From Hypanus sabinus (taxonomy: Eukaryota), in assembly GCF_030144855.1 (NCBI RefSeq), contig NC_082716.1:66898001-66962000 (forward strand): a DNA stretch of 64,000 bases. Reading direction: 5' to 3'. A program made the translations under genes and the position numbers. Below are positions 49,422 to 62,624 of this stretch, one piece after another. Positions within the stretch are counted from its first letter, which is position 1. Each line of letters starts with the position of its first letter. A model generated the notes under the pieces. That model ran no database searches. It saw only the letters and a program-made list of their open reading frames with translations, and had not been told where the DNA came from.

Positions 49422-52400
49422 CTGCAAAGAAAAGATTTCTTTAATTCACTTTAAAATAAGATGCTGCTTCAGTAGCTTAAGTCAAGTGCAGAAAACTACA
49501 TATGAGCCCTTTTCTATGTTCAGTTAGTTTGTTATAACTAGTACAACAAAAGAAACAACAATCTAGTTAGTGCAAGCTGCCAGGAGTTCCTGTTACAGGC
49601 TATTGAACTATACCAGAAAATTCATGTTCGGGGTAAAAACAAATTTCAAAGTTGACCATCTCTAATTGTAAAAGAAGCTAGATTCTGAATGCTGATGCAC
49701 AGCATAATCCACCCTTTCATAAGAGTAAAACCAAATTGGTTTTAAGAGCAAGCCTGTAAATTAGTGTAACAACAATGTTTCAATTAAATATTTTGTATTT
49801 CAACTCTCGTACCCCTGTATTACTGAGGGAGGAAATTACATTTTGATAAAATAAAGCCACTTTATCTGTGTATGTCAAGAAACGAGATAGATAAAATGTA
49901 AATACATTTGTTTATTTACCTTTCTTCATATTCTCCAAGAGTGTATTTTATTATTTTACCCTGTATCTCAATTTTTCAGCTAGTATTACTCAAACAGCCA
50001 CAAAGTTCTGAGTTGGGGGGGCGGGGGGAAAGAGTCATTTGTATTTATTAGATTTTGGGATCTTTGTTTTAATATACTTCTCATCTTGGTGAGCAGTAGA
50101 CCTTGCTTAAATTGTTCTGAACCATTCAACAGCTATTACAACACAGTGTAACATTTCAGTAATAACATCACAGTACAGCATTCTTCAAACTACACTTTCT
50201 ACCACTGGGAGAGCTATAGCTTTTTATTATAAGCTTCTCATATTTTCTTGTAAAATGTAAGTCATTCAGCTCATTCCTGTCAGTCATGTTCTGAACTTAT
50301 TTCTCTGTAATCTATTCTCTCTTGCATGCAAATCAACTCCCCCACCACCATAATTTCATATCATGCCACAATAGTAACCTGAATGGTTGTGCCTAAAGGG
50401 AAATTATCTGAGGTTGACACAGCTCCTTTCTTCTCTGTTGAACTCTCGATCTATAATCATTCCATATTGAGCAATACAGCAACTTGAAAAAGTACTTACA
50501 GCAAATTCTTCTAATTGAAGCTGTTCCTCAGCATGTTCAAGTTCTATTTAGACAAAATAAATCACCAAAAGATGAAACCTACCAGGTGAATTGGATAGAA
50601 CAATTTATTCTCATAACCCTAATGACTTAAAGGTTTATTGAATGCCCTTACCACTTTTAGCTAAAGGTTCAAAGTCCACAGGATCCTTTTCTGAACTTTT
50701 CTCGATACTAAGCCTGCGGACTGGAATAGGAAATCAAACTGAAACTTGTTATCCTGGAGGATCTGAAATTACTTGCCACTCACAATGAAAAATACAAGAA
50801 AGTTAATTTTCAGTTAAGGACTATGTGTTAAAAGCTTTCTCCAACTAAACTAAACCACACACATGTAGAAATTTGGGTTAAATAGTCTTTTCATTGCAAA
50901 AAATATCATCTGGTAACAGACAAGTTCAAGTCCAATTATTATTCAAGCATAAACAAATATAGCCAAATGAAACAGCATTCCTCTGTAGCCAAGGTGCAAA
51001 ACAAATTACCTACAGCACACATGCTTAGGACAAATTACTCATAGGGTTGTGATTTCAGAAAAATCTGTGATGAAGAGCTTTGAAAGGTTGATCATGGTGG
51101 CTAGAGTTACCTCCTGCCTGAGCAAGGACCTGAACCTATTGCAATTTGCCTGGCACTACGGCAGATCTACAGTGGATGCAAACTCATTGACCTTCCACTT
51201 GGCTTTGAACCACGTGGACAACAGCAATAGGTACGTTGGGCTGCTGTTTACTGATTACAGCTCAGCATTAAATATAATCATCTCAGTACAAGTGAAGAAG
51301 CTTCAAAAGTACCTCCCTCTCATTAACCTCCCGAGCATCCAGCACAACTTCAAAAGGTAGCATCCATCATTAAGGATCAGCATCAGCCAGGACATGCCCT
51401 CTTCTCATTGCTAACATCAAGGAGGTGGTACAGGAGCTTGAAGACATGCACTCATTGTTTTAGAAACAACTTCTTCCCCTCTGCCTTCAGATTTCTGAAC
51501 GGACAATAAACCAATGAAGCTTCCTCAATACCTCCCTCTCTCTTGTGCTACTTCATTAGTTTTTTAAAATGTATATTTATTGTAATCTATGTTATTATTA
51601 TATATTGCAATATACTGCTGCCACAAAATAACAAACTTTACAACATATGCCAGTAATATTAAACCTGATTCTGAGGATCAAATGAGGCTACATAAGAGTT
51701 GTAGACTCAGCCAGCTCCATCACAGACACAAGCCCCCATCATCAAGGTTATCTGGAAAAGGATGACTCCAACAAGTCAGCATTTATCATTAAGGACCCTC
51801 GCCATCTGGGACATGCCCTTTCCTCATTACTACTATCAGGGAGGAGGTACAGGAGCCTGAAGGCGCACACTCAACATTTAGGAACAGCTTCTTCCCCTCG
51901 GTTACCAGATTTCTGAATTCTCCAGAAACCCATAAACAGTCCCTCACTATTCCTCCTTTGAACCGTTCCACTTTTTTAAATTGTAACTGATAGTAATTTT
52001 TGATGTCTTGCAATGCTGCCATAAAACATTCAACGACATTGATCAGTAATAATAAATCTGATTCTAAGATAAAGATCTTACCATTGTAACAGTGGATTTT
52101 TACACAATTTATTTGGACAACCTCGGGAAAACGTATGATGAATTCTTGTGGGAACATTCCTGTTGTAATCCAAAACGTTTCTGTATTACTGCAAGTAAAA
52201 TGAGAAATAGTAGGTATTCCAAACACCATACTTTTTATTGTTTGCAATAATTGCTAGGAGATTATAAATATAATTGGGGATTACCCTTCGATTCTTTCCT
52301 AGAGGCAGTACTTCAAGGATATTCAAGATCAAATTATAGATATAGCAATTCAACATAGTTGAAAATACCCTGCATGGAGCAAAGCAAATCGACCGGCGTT

Positions 52401-52710
52401 GGCATGGTTTTTAAGGATACATGCTAGAGACTCTGGTTAGAATATGGCCATATCCGATCAGGTAACGCAGAGCAAGCGAAGTGCAGCTTCGGGGACGGTG
52501 AAGGGGAGAAGGGAGCAGCAGATTGGATTGATGGAGTCGTCACTCGATGTTCAGAAGTTTACCCTGGATGCTGCCCGCAGTTTTCTCTTCCCAGGGCGAC
52601 AAGTACACTTCTTACCCATCGATAATGTTCTTCGGCGGATGTTTCTCATCACCTGATGTCGCTAAAACCAGCTCCGTCCCCGCATCCGCCACACCAAAGT
52701 CCTGCCTCAT
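49314..52710 (-). CDS. IFT25: Intraflagellar transport protein 25 (HSPB11), 140 aa
   Basis: Exons 52616-52710, 52082-52188, 50652-50720, 50500-50543, 49314-49421; GT-AG, in phase, 423 nt. Motifs: LATSGDEKHPPKNIIDGNTETFWITTGMFPQEFII...DPVDFE...ATHLRFVIKSAFDHFVSVHKVTVEG. Confidence 0.96.
50500..50543 (-). CDS. IFT25: IFT25 coding exon 4
   Basis: ELEHAEEQLQLEEFA; 44 nt; donor GTAAGT. Confidence 0.9.
50652..50720 (-). CDS. IFT25: IFT25 coding exon 3
   Basis: VRRLSIEKSSEKDPVDFEPLAKS. Confidence 0.92.
51050..52065 (+). mobile_element. Rex1/Babar-type LINE fragments in IFT25 intron 2
   Basis: VMKSFERL, LQFA, LLFTDYSSA; two 3' tails ending AATAAATCTGATTCT-like. Confidence 0.75.
52082..52188 (-). 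CDS. IFT25: IFT25 coding exon 2
   Basis: NTETFWITTGMFPQEFIIRF...CYN. Confidence 0.95.
52616..52710 (-). CDS. IFT25: IFT25 coding exon 1
   Basis: MRQDFGVADAGTELVLATSGDEKHPPKNIIDG; donor GTAAG. Confidence 0.92.
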
Positions 52711-52714
52711 CGCT

Positions 52715-52860
52715 CTCTCGCCGTTACCACAACAACCATGCACTTCCGGTCCTTTCCAATAATCTGCCCGCCCGTCCCGACAGCAGACTGATAGTTCCGG
52801 ACCCCTGTTAACAGAAGGAGTCGTGGTTGCCGCTTGGCCTTGGGATATCCTGAAAGTAAG
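52715..52860. promoter_or_regulatory. Bidirectional CpG promoter IFT25 / LRRC42, with probable LRRC42 non-coding exon 1 ending at 52855
   Basis: RFX X-box-like GTTACCACAACAAC 52723-52736; ETS ACTTCCGG 52742-52749; CCAAT 52756-52760; GC box about 52766-52773; second TTCCGG about 52795-52800; + strand donor GTAAG at 52856. Confidence 0.6.
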
Positions 52861-53329
52861 CATGCACCTGAATGTAGTTTGCAAGGCGAGCAATTAAAGA
52901 GGAAAAATTGAATCTTTTCAGGAGTTTCTTTCAGATTGTGAAGTGGCGCCATCGCTCCGTCCACAATGGCCGTTCTGTGTTCCCAGTTGGATCCAATTTC
53001 AACCCCCCTCCCTGTTCCCATGCTGACCTGTCGATTCTCGGCCTTCTCCACTGCCAGGGTGTGGCTAAAGGCGTAGTCTACAATTCCGTGGTATAAACAC
53101 TGAATTTTCCATTTTTGGGTAAGCTTTACTCCACCGCCACTGTAATTGTTTTTTATATAACCCGTTTCCAGCCCCATTTTCCTGACTTCCTCACTCTTCC
53201 TTCATCTAGCTACTACTATACTCGCATACATAATCCACAAAACATCCATCTGGCACCGTTTTATTATCGCCTTCCTTATTTACCATATTCCTGCACCTTT
53301 TAGCCTTTGGGTCCTAACTTCAACCCTCC

Positions 53330-53435
53330 CCCCCGTTCCCATCTCCACCTCCCGCTGCCCCCGTCCCCGTCCCCACCTCCCGCTCCCCCCGGTCCCAGCC
53401 TCCACCTCCCGCTGCCCCCGTCCCTACCCCCAGAT
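53330..53435. repeat. C-rich tandem repeat (about 29-bp unit, about 3 copies); G-quadruplex-prone on the minus strand
   Basis: CTCCACCTCCCGCTGCCCCCGTCCC repeated. Confidence 0.75.
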
Positions 53436-53559
53436 CTCCAGAAAAGAGGAACTCTTACCCACCGTTGAAAAGCCTCTGCATCTCTTCAAATGAGATCCTA
53501 CCACCAAACATGTTTTCACCTCCCCCTCCCCCAACTCTCTGCTTCTTTCTTAACAATAG

Positions 53560-54150
53560 ACCTGACCAGTTCCCCTCCACCACCACCATCCTCCGGCTGG
53601 TGGAATTGCTTCTCAGTTTTCTAGATTCTAGCAAATACAGGCCCAGAACCATGAAATGCTCCTTATATGATAATCTTTTCATTCCTGGAATCATTCTTGT
53701 GAACCTCCTCTGAACCCTCTCCAATGGCAGCACACCTTTTTTGAGATAAGGGGCCCAATACTGCTCACAATACTCCCAAGTGAGGTCTCACCAGTGTCTT
53801 ATAAAGCCTCTAAGTGCACCCAGCCTGACTGACTATTTGAAGGAGCTGGAGCTGGACATAGTTAGAATTGTCCAAAGACAAAAATGTTAGTGAACTCGTC
53901 ATACCTAAGGTACGGGCTGCTCATAGCTGGACAACCATCAGGAGAGGTAAAGGGAAGCGACAGCCCTTGGTCATTCCTCCCAGTAATGTTTACTCCGTTG
54001 GATACTGCTGGAGGGGTGACCTATCGGGGCACAGCAGCGTAGCCAGGTCAATGGTACTGTGGCTGAATCTGAGGTTCAGCAGGGAAGACAGAGCAATAGT
54101 GATAGGTGACTTGATAGGGGAACAGACGAGACATTCCATGGCTCCAAACC
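53560..54150. mobile_element. CR1 fragments (ORF2 piece on minus, ORF1 piece on plus)
   Basis: LERVQRRFTRMIPGMK (-); WTTIRRGKGKRQ...RAIVIGD (+). Confidence 0.7.
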
Positions 54151-54756
54151 TCAGGTCTAGGCTTTTTTATTAAGCATTGCAGAGAGAGATTTAGTGTGTG
54201 TCACTGTGGCATAGTTAGACGAGAGGAACTTGATCATATCTTGACTTTGGGTGACTGACACTCAATTCCCCACTCCTAATAGGTTTCAGCTACATGGGAT
54301 CAAATTGATAAGATATAATTTCTTAAAAGCTTGCCTTGAATTTTGAGCATGAACTTTGGGGTTCAATTTCTTTGTGCTTCAAGATCAAACTTGAAAATGT
54401 CTTGCACTCCAGCAGCATAGACTTAACTCTGCCCTCAATTGCTCTGTGTGTAGTAAGAGCAATACTATGCACAGAACATTCTCTGTGTGATTACATGTGT
54501 TTCCCCAAGGTGCTGCAGTTTCTTTCCATGTTACAACGATGTGATGATGGGTGAGTTACTTGTCTGCTAGGAGAGTGAAGGGCTGTCATTGGACATAACT
54601 GTGAAAGAACAAATTGTAGGTGAAATAAGTTGTGGAATGGAACTGATAGGACCACTGACAACTCGCATTAACTCAATGGTCTTCTGTATCTTAAGGAAAT
54701 ATGGAAATACAGGTTGTAATAGAATAATATCTCTCATTTTTTCAGATTGCTTTCCA

Positions 54757-55223
54757 ATGTCTTTGCTCACCAGTATAAGTCCTGCATTTGAATTTGGACC
54801 TATTTATGTGCGTGAACAGGGTCGGCTGCGTCTGTTAAATGGAGCGTCAAGCTTAAATGTAACCAGTGGAAGATCCAAGTCAGTGCGACTATTTCAAAAG
54901 GGGTTCACTGTTAATCTGTGCATTGAAGATGGGGACAAGCCTAGTACTTACCGGACTGATCACATTGTCTTCACTTACACAAAAGAAGGAAATCTTCGCT
55001 ACTCTCCCAAGTCACTTTTTGATGGGGTGCTTGCTTTTATAGCTGACAATATTCAACATGTTGACTCACTAATTGGCTTCCCAGAGCAGATTGCTGAGAA
55101 ACTTTTCACTGCAGTGGAAGCAAGAAAGAAATTTGTTGATCCCAGCACAAGCGCCCAGGCTCTCTTTATATTCAGTGAGGCCTATGGAAATCTAGTACTC
55201 CAGTCCCTGTGTTTACGAGAAAG
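54757..55223 (+). CDS. LRRC42: Leucine-rich repeat-containing protein 42, first coding exon (rest of gene lies beyond the window)
   Basis: Acceptor ttttcAG at 54745, ATG at 54757. GPIYVRE...RLFQKGF...TDHIVFTYTKEGNLRYSPKSLF...DSLIGFPEQIAEKLF...EAYGNLVLQSLCLRER. Donor AG|GTACAG. Synteny with IFT25. Confidence 0.94.
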
Positions 55224-57019
55224 GTACAGTTTTTTTTTTATTTGATGTGATATGAGATGCCATATGCGATACTGTTGAGACAATGAAAACAGGCTGGCCT
55301 TTGGGAATAAATGTTGGCTTTACTATTCCATCCACAGATGTTGGGTGAACTACTTTGTTTCCCACATGTTCAGTCATTGCTGAAATTGGTCAGGGGCTGG
55401 GGGTGGGGGTGGGGGGGAGAATGAGTTGCATGTTCTTGTCTGCTATCCAGAGATTTTGCCTGAATGGTGTTCAAGGTGGATCCCAGTTGAAGACATTTAG
55501 ATTTGGCTGCAGTGTGCTTGCGTAGCTCTGGTCAGATAGTCTAATGATAACCAATGCCTGATGCATAAAGAATGACCATTTAGGATGGAATTTTGAGAGC
55601 TCTCAAGTTCCCCAATTTGGAAATTTGCCTTCAAGTAAAGTGTTAAAGTTGATTGGAGCAAAAGTATTTCCTTGTTCACATTACGAACACCCCTTTATAT
55701 AGTCCTTCATGTTCTCTTTGGACTTCAATTATACAATTAATGTAGTCTGGTACTTGTTTTTCTAACAAGAACTTGCACACATTCCCTTTCTGTTATCCAC
55801 TTCATTTGTTTTCACTCAGACCAGAGGCCTCCTAACAGCGGAGAGAGTAGGTGGATGAAATGCCTGTAAGGTTGCTAGCTATTGATATGCCCTTCCGACA
55901 TGCATGTAGATATCTCCGTGCTTTCTTTTCCCCCTGATCTTGTTTAGATGCAGAATGTCAGCTTAACATCACCCTGTTAAGGTTCAGGTAAGACTAATAA
56001 GCCAATAGCCCCATCTCTCTCCACCTCTGTCATGTCATTCTAGTTTGGTTACCTTCACTGGAGATTGTGATGCAAGTTATATCACTGTCCTCTGACGAGT
56101 CTCTCAAATCTGAGGAACTGCATGATCTTGGTTGTTGGCAGTGGTATTTTACACCTGTAGTCAATATCTGAGTCCAGGAAAGACTGAAGATCTCTTGTTT
56201 TTTAATCTAAAATATACTTAATTCATGATATATACTGTAAAATGGTACGTAGTGTTTTCTAACTACTGTACAGTAGGTGTGCCTGGTTTGGGCAGTCTTA
56301 ATTCATTTACCTTCATACAAGAACCTACGATACAGGACTGCTTTGTAATCCTATTTGTTCAAAGACATGGCTTCAGTTGGAGTGGAAAAGTTGTGGGCTG
56401 AAGTACATCACTGAGGCTTTGAGCTGAAATTGCTCAAGTAAAATTAGGCATAAGCTCTCACACTTCTATTGTCCACTCTGACATTTAGCACTCCTGCTCA
56501 CCTCCCCTCCACACCATTCCATCCCCTCTCAACTTCCCATCTTTGTTTTCCCCCTTCCTCTCCACTTTCCCTCATTTCATTGTATTTGTGACCAGTTCCA
56601 CTTTTTGTAAAAGGAAGAAAAACAACAGTTAAACTAACAATGTCCCAATTGTGTGAACTTATCGTAGCAGTTAGCGCAACGCTTGCAGCTGAGGGTATTC
56701 TGGGCTTCAGAGTTTAGTTCTGGCATTGTTCTATAAGGAGTCTCTTTATATCCTCCCAGAGGAATGTGTGGGTTTCCTCTGGGTCCTTCGGTTTCCTCCC
56801 ACAGTCCAAAGTCATACCAGGTAGGTTACTTGGTGATTGGAAATTGTCCATGATTAGGTTAGGGTTAATCAGGGTAGCTGTTGCAGTGTTCCTTGAAGGG
56901 CCTATTCCACACTGTATCACTAAATAATTAACTCTTAACCAGTCTCTACCTTGTGACTGTAAGATCTAGCAGCAGAATTAGGATATTTGGCCCACCAAGT
57001 CTGCTCTGTCATTTGATCA

Positions 57020-60000
57020 TAATAGACAATAGACAGTAGGTGCAGGAGTGGGCCATTCGGCCATTTAGCCAGTACCGCCATTCACTGTGATCATGGCTGA
57101 TCATACACAATCAGTACCCCGTTCCTGCCCTCTCCCCATATCCCTTGACCCCACTATCTAACTCTATCTATAAGAGCTCTATCTAACTCTCTCTTGAAAG
57201 CATCCAGAGACTTGGCCTCCACTGCCTTCTGGGGCAGAGCATTCCACATATCCATCACTCTCTGGGTGAAAAAGTTTTTCTTCATCTCTTCATCTCTTCA
57301 AATGGCCTACCCCTTATTCTTACACTGTGGCCTCTAGTTCTGGACTCACCCATCAGCGGGAACATGCTTCTTGCCTCCAGCGTGTCCAATCCCTAAATAA
57401 TCTTATATGTTTCAATCAGATCCCCTCTCATCCTTCTAAATTCCAGTGTATACAAGCCCAGTTGCTCCAATCTTTCAACATATGACAGTCCCGCCATTCC
57501 AGGAATTAACCTTGTGAACCTACGCTGTAGTCCCTCAATAGCAAGAATGTCCTTCCTCAAATTTGGAGACCAAAACAGCACACAATACTCCAGGTGGTGT
57601 CTCACCAGGGCCCTGTAGAGCTACAGAAGGACCTCTTTACTCCTATACTCAATTCCTCTTGTTATAAAGGCCAGCATGCAATTAGCTTTCTTCACTGAAT
57701 GCTATACCTGCATGGTTGCTTTCATTGACTGATGTACAAGAACACCTAGATCTCGTACTTACCCTTTTCCTAACTTGACTCCATTTAGTTAGTAATCTGC
57801 CTTCCTGTTCTTGCCACCAAAATGGATAACCTCACATTTATCCACATTAAACTGCATCTGCCATACACTTGCCCACTCACCTGGCCTGTCCAAGTCACCC
57901 TGCATTCTCATAACATTCTCCAGACATTTCACACTGCCACCCAGCTTTGTATCATCAGCAAATTTGCTAATGTTACTTTTAATCCCTTCATCTAAATCAT
58001 TAATGTATATTGTAAACAGCTGCGGTCCTAGCACCGAACCTTGTGGTACCCCACTGGTCACAGTCTGCCATTCTGAAAGGGACCCGTTAATTGCTACTCT
58101 TTGTTTCCTGTCAGCCAGCCAATTTTCAATCCATGTCAGTACTCTGCCCCCAATACTATGTTCCCTAATTTTGTCCACTAATCTCCTATGTGGGACTTTA
58201 TCGAAGGTTTTCTGAAAATCCGGGTATACTACATCCACTGGCTCTCCCTTGTCCATTTTCATAGTTACATCCTCAAAGAACTCCAGAAATTAGTTAAGCA
58301 TGATTTTCCCTTCGTAAATCCATGCTGACTTGGACTGATCCTTCTACTGCTATCCAAATGTGTCATAATTTCCTCTTTTATAATTGACTCCAGCATCTTT
58401 CCCACCACTGACGTCAGGCTAACCAGTCTATAATTCCCTGTTTTCTCTCTCCCTCCTTTCTTGAAAAGTGGGACAACATTAGCCACCCTCCAATCCGCAG
58501 GAACTGATCCTGAATCTATCGAATATTGGAAAATGATTACCAATGCGTCCACGATTTCTAGAGCCACCTCCTTAAGTACCCTGGGATGCAGACCATCAGG
58601 TCCCGGGGACTTTTCAGCCTTCGGACTCAACAGTCTATCCAACACAGTTTCTTGCCTTATATAAATTTCCTTCAGTTCATCCATTACCCTAGTTCCTTTG
58701 GCCACTATTACATCTGGGAGATTGTGTGTGTCTTCGCTAGTGAAGACAGATCCAAAGTACCTGTTCAACTCATCTGCCATTTCCTTGTTCCCCATAATAA
58801 CTTCACCTGTTTCTGTCTTCAATGGCCCAATTTTGGTCTTAACTATTTTTTTTGCTTTTCACATACCTAAAGAAGCTTTTACTATCCTCCTTTATATTCT
58901 TGGCTAGTTTACCTTCGTACCTCATTTTTTCTCCGCGTATTGCCTTTTTTTGTTATCTTCCGTTGCTCTTTAAAAGCTTCCCAGTCCTCTGGCTTCCCAC
59001 TCATCTTTGCGATGTTATACTTCTCTTTTATTTTAAATACTGTCCTTTACTTCCCTTGTCAGCCACGGCCGCCCCTTTCTCCCCTTAGGATCTTTCTTCC
59101 TCTTTGGAATGAACCGATCCTGCACCTTCTGCATTATTCCCAGAAATACCTGCCATTGTTGTTTCACTGTCTTCCTTGCTAGGGTATTGTTCCATTGAAC
59201 TTTGGCCAGCTCCTCCCTCATAGTTCCATAGTTCCCTTTCTTCAACTGTAATACTGACACATCCCTTCTTCTTCTCAAATTGTAGGTTAAAACATATCAT
59301 ATTATGGTCAGTACCTCCTAATGGCTCCTTTACCTCGAGGTCCCTGTTCATTGCACAATACTAAATCTAGAATTGCCTTCTCCCTGGTAGGCTCCAGTAC
59401 AAGCTGTTCTAAGAATCCATCTCGGAGGCACTCCACAGACTCCCTTTCTTGGGGTCCAGTACCATTCTGATTCTCCCAGTCTACCTGCATGTTGAAATCC
59501 TCCATGACAACTGTATCATTACCTTTGCAACATGCCAATTTTAACTCTTCATTCAACTTACACCCTACATCCAGACTACTGTTTGGGGGCCTGTGGATAA
59601 CTCCCATTAGGGTTTTTCTACCCTTAGAATTTCTCAGTTCTATCCATACTGACTCTACATCCCCCGATTCTCTGTCCCCCTCGCAAGGGACTGAATATCA
59701 TTCCTCACCAACAGGGCCACCCCACCCCCTCTGCCTTTCTGTCCTTTCGATAAAATGTATATCCTTGAATATTCATTTCCCAGGCCCTTTCCACTTGAAG
59801 CCATGTCTCTGTTATTCCCACGAGATCATACTTGCCAATTTTCAACTGAGCCTCAAGCTCATCTACTTTATTCCTTATACTTCGTGCATTCATATGTAAT
59901 ACTTTCAATTCGTTACTCCCCTCACCTTTCATATCAATTCCTATTTCACTTGGCCATACTGTATGATCTCTTCTTGAGCTTTCTGCTCCATTGATTCTGT

Positions 60001-60165
60001 TGTCCTCTTTAACTTTTCTTATTTTCACTTTCCCTTTATATTTCCAGTTCATCCCCTCCCCCCCCCCCCCCACTACTTAGTTTAAACACATCCGTGTTGT
60101 AGTGGCAAACCTGCCTGCCAGAATGCTGGTTCCCTGCCAATTAAGGTGCAACCTGTCCCAAATAA
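57020..60165 (-). mobile_element. CR1 LINE with near-complete decayed ORF2, nested in an older CR1 (about 56960-57020 plus 60165-61500)
   Basis: LHMNARSIRNKVDEL, GITETWL, EDFN, LDLVLCN, DKVPH, KFADDTKL, RHHLEYC. Confidence 0.92.
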
Positions 60166-62620
60166 ATCAAATAATGATTTATTTTCCCTCTGAATCCCTT
60201 TTGCTCATAAAATTGATGCTCTTACAAATAGAGATCCTATCAACCTTCATTTTAAATGTACTAACAGCTGTCTGTGGCAATTAATTTTGCAGATTAGCCA
60301 CCTTCTGGCTAAAGAAATTCCTCTTCATCTCTGTTCTAAAGGGTTGTCCTTTTTTAGAGCTAGTGTCCACTGGTCCTGGACTGCCCACTATTAGAAACAT
60401 CCTCGCCATGTCCACTCCATTTGGACTTTCAATATTCAGTATATTTGAATGAGATTTCCCCCATCGTTCTTCTAAACTCCAGTGAGTACAGGCCCAGAAT
60501 CATCAAACATTTCTTGTATATTAATCTTTTTTTTTCTGGGATCATTCATGCGAACCTGCTCTGGACCCCTCTCACACCAGTGCATCCTTTTTTAGATATT
60601 GGGCCCAACATCACTCACAATATTCCAAATATGATCTGTCTTATAAAGCCTCATTGTTATATCTTTGCTTTTATATTCTAGCATTCTCAAAAATGAATAC
60701 TAACATTGCATTTGCTTTCCTTACTATCGACTCAACCTGCAAGTTAATCTTTAGGGAATTTTGCATGAGGTCTCCCAAATCCCTTTGCATTCCAATTTCT
60801 GAATTTGCTTCCTGTTTAGAAAATAGTCTACACTGTTATTCCTTCTATCAAAGTACACAGCTAACCTATGATTTCTATAACTCATTAACTTCCCTATGCT
60901 GTACCCATTTGCTTGATTCATCTAATCTGTAAAAGTCTTTCTACCTGCTTCTGTAACACTGCCTGCCCTTCCACTTACCTTTGTATCATCTGCAAACTTG
61001 GCCCCTGAGTCGTCAATTCCTTCATGCAGATCATTAACCTGTAAAGGAAGGAGCAGACCAACACTGACTCCTGCAGAACTCCACTAATCAATGGCAGTTA
61101 ACCAGAAAAGACCCCCTTTATTCCCACGATTTGCCTCCTGCCAGTCAGCCAATCTTCTGCCATGCTAGTATCTTCATGTAATGCCATGGGCACTTATTTT
61201 CTTTAGCATCTTCATGTACAAGACCTTGTCAAAGGCGTTCTGGAAATCCAAGTAAACAACATCCACTGATTCTTCTTTGCTATGCTGCCTGTTATCTCCT
61301 TAAAGAATTCTAATAGATCCGCCAGGCAAGATTTCCCCTTAAGGAAATCATGCTGACCTAGGCTTATTATATCGAGTGCCTTCAAATACCTGGAAAGCTC
61401 ATCCTTCATAATGGACTCTGCTAAGTTGCCAATTACAGACGTCAGGTTACCTGGCCTATAATTTCCTGCCTTTTGCCTCCCTCCATTCTTAAAGAGTAGA
61501 CTATTTTTTGCAAATGTTTGTCCTCCATTGCAGTTCCATATGACCTTAAGACAGAGGAGCAGAATTAAGCCATTTGGCCCATTCTATCACGGCTGATATA
61601 TTATTCTTCTGCTTCACCTTGTAAATTTTGATACCCTTACTAATCAAGATCTATCAACCTCTGCTTTAAGTATACTAGGCCTCCACAGCTGCCTGTGGCA
61701 ATGAACTCTACAGGTTCACACACCAGCCTCTGGCTAAAGAAATTCCTCCTCGTCGCTACCTTGGCACCAAGAATAGGGGGTCAGGGGGATCTCATTAAAA
61801 CAAGTATTGATGACATAGATAAGAGTGGACTTGGAGAGAATGATTCCTCTAGTGGGGGAATCTAGGGCCTTAGAATTCAAGGATGTCCATTTAGAAGGGA
61901 ATGACATTTGCAGTTTTCCAGTCTTCTGGAACCATTCCTGAACCTAGTGATTCTTCAAAGATCATTACTAATGCCTTCACAATCTCCTCAGCCACCTCAT
62001 TCAGAACCCTGAGGTGGACACCATCTAGTCGAGGTGACTTGTCTACCTTCAGACCTTTCAGTTTTCCAAGAACCTTCTCCCTAGTAGTGGCAACGTCACA
62101 CACTTCATCCTCCCCCCGACACCTGGAACTTCCACCATACTGATGCAAAATACTTAGTTCATCTGCCATTCCCTTATCCCCCATTACTATCTCTCCAGCA
62201 TTGTTTTCCAGCAGTCTGATAGCCACTCTTGTCTTTCTTTTACACTTTATGCATCTGAAGAAACTTTTGGTATCCTCTTTAATATTACTGTATTAATATT
62301 AATATTTCATATTTCATCTTTATTTTTCATCTTAATGACCTTTTTTTGTTGCCTTCAGTTGGTATTTGAAAGTTTCCCAATCCTTTAATTTCCCACTAAT
62401 TTTTGCTCTATTATATGCCCTCTCTTTGGCTTTTATGTTGGCTTTGACTTCTCTTTCATTTCATCTTTTCTTATTACTTTTCTAGTTATCTTCTGTTGGT
62501 TTTTAAATGCTTCCTAATCCTCTAGCTTCTCGCTAATTTTTCTATCATTTACACGCTCTCTTTTGCTTTTGTGCTGTGTTTGACTTCTCTTATTAGCTAT
62601 GGTTGCCTCATCATTCCTTC
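60165..62620 (-). mobile_element. Older CR1 LINE fragments, nested
   Basis: QHDFLKGKSCL, KVDKSP..DGVHLRVL, PEDWKTANV. Confidence 0.8.
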
Positions 62621-62624
62621 AGAA

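Noticed and set aside
54589-54756. N-terminal extension of LRRC42 in the ORF track
   Set aside because: It lies upstream of the acceptor at 54745 and is therefore intronic; homology starts at ATG 54757.
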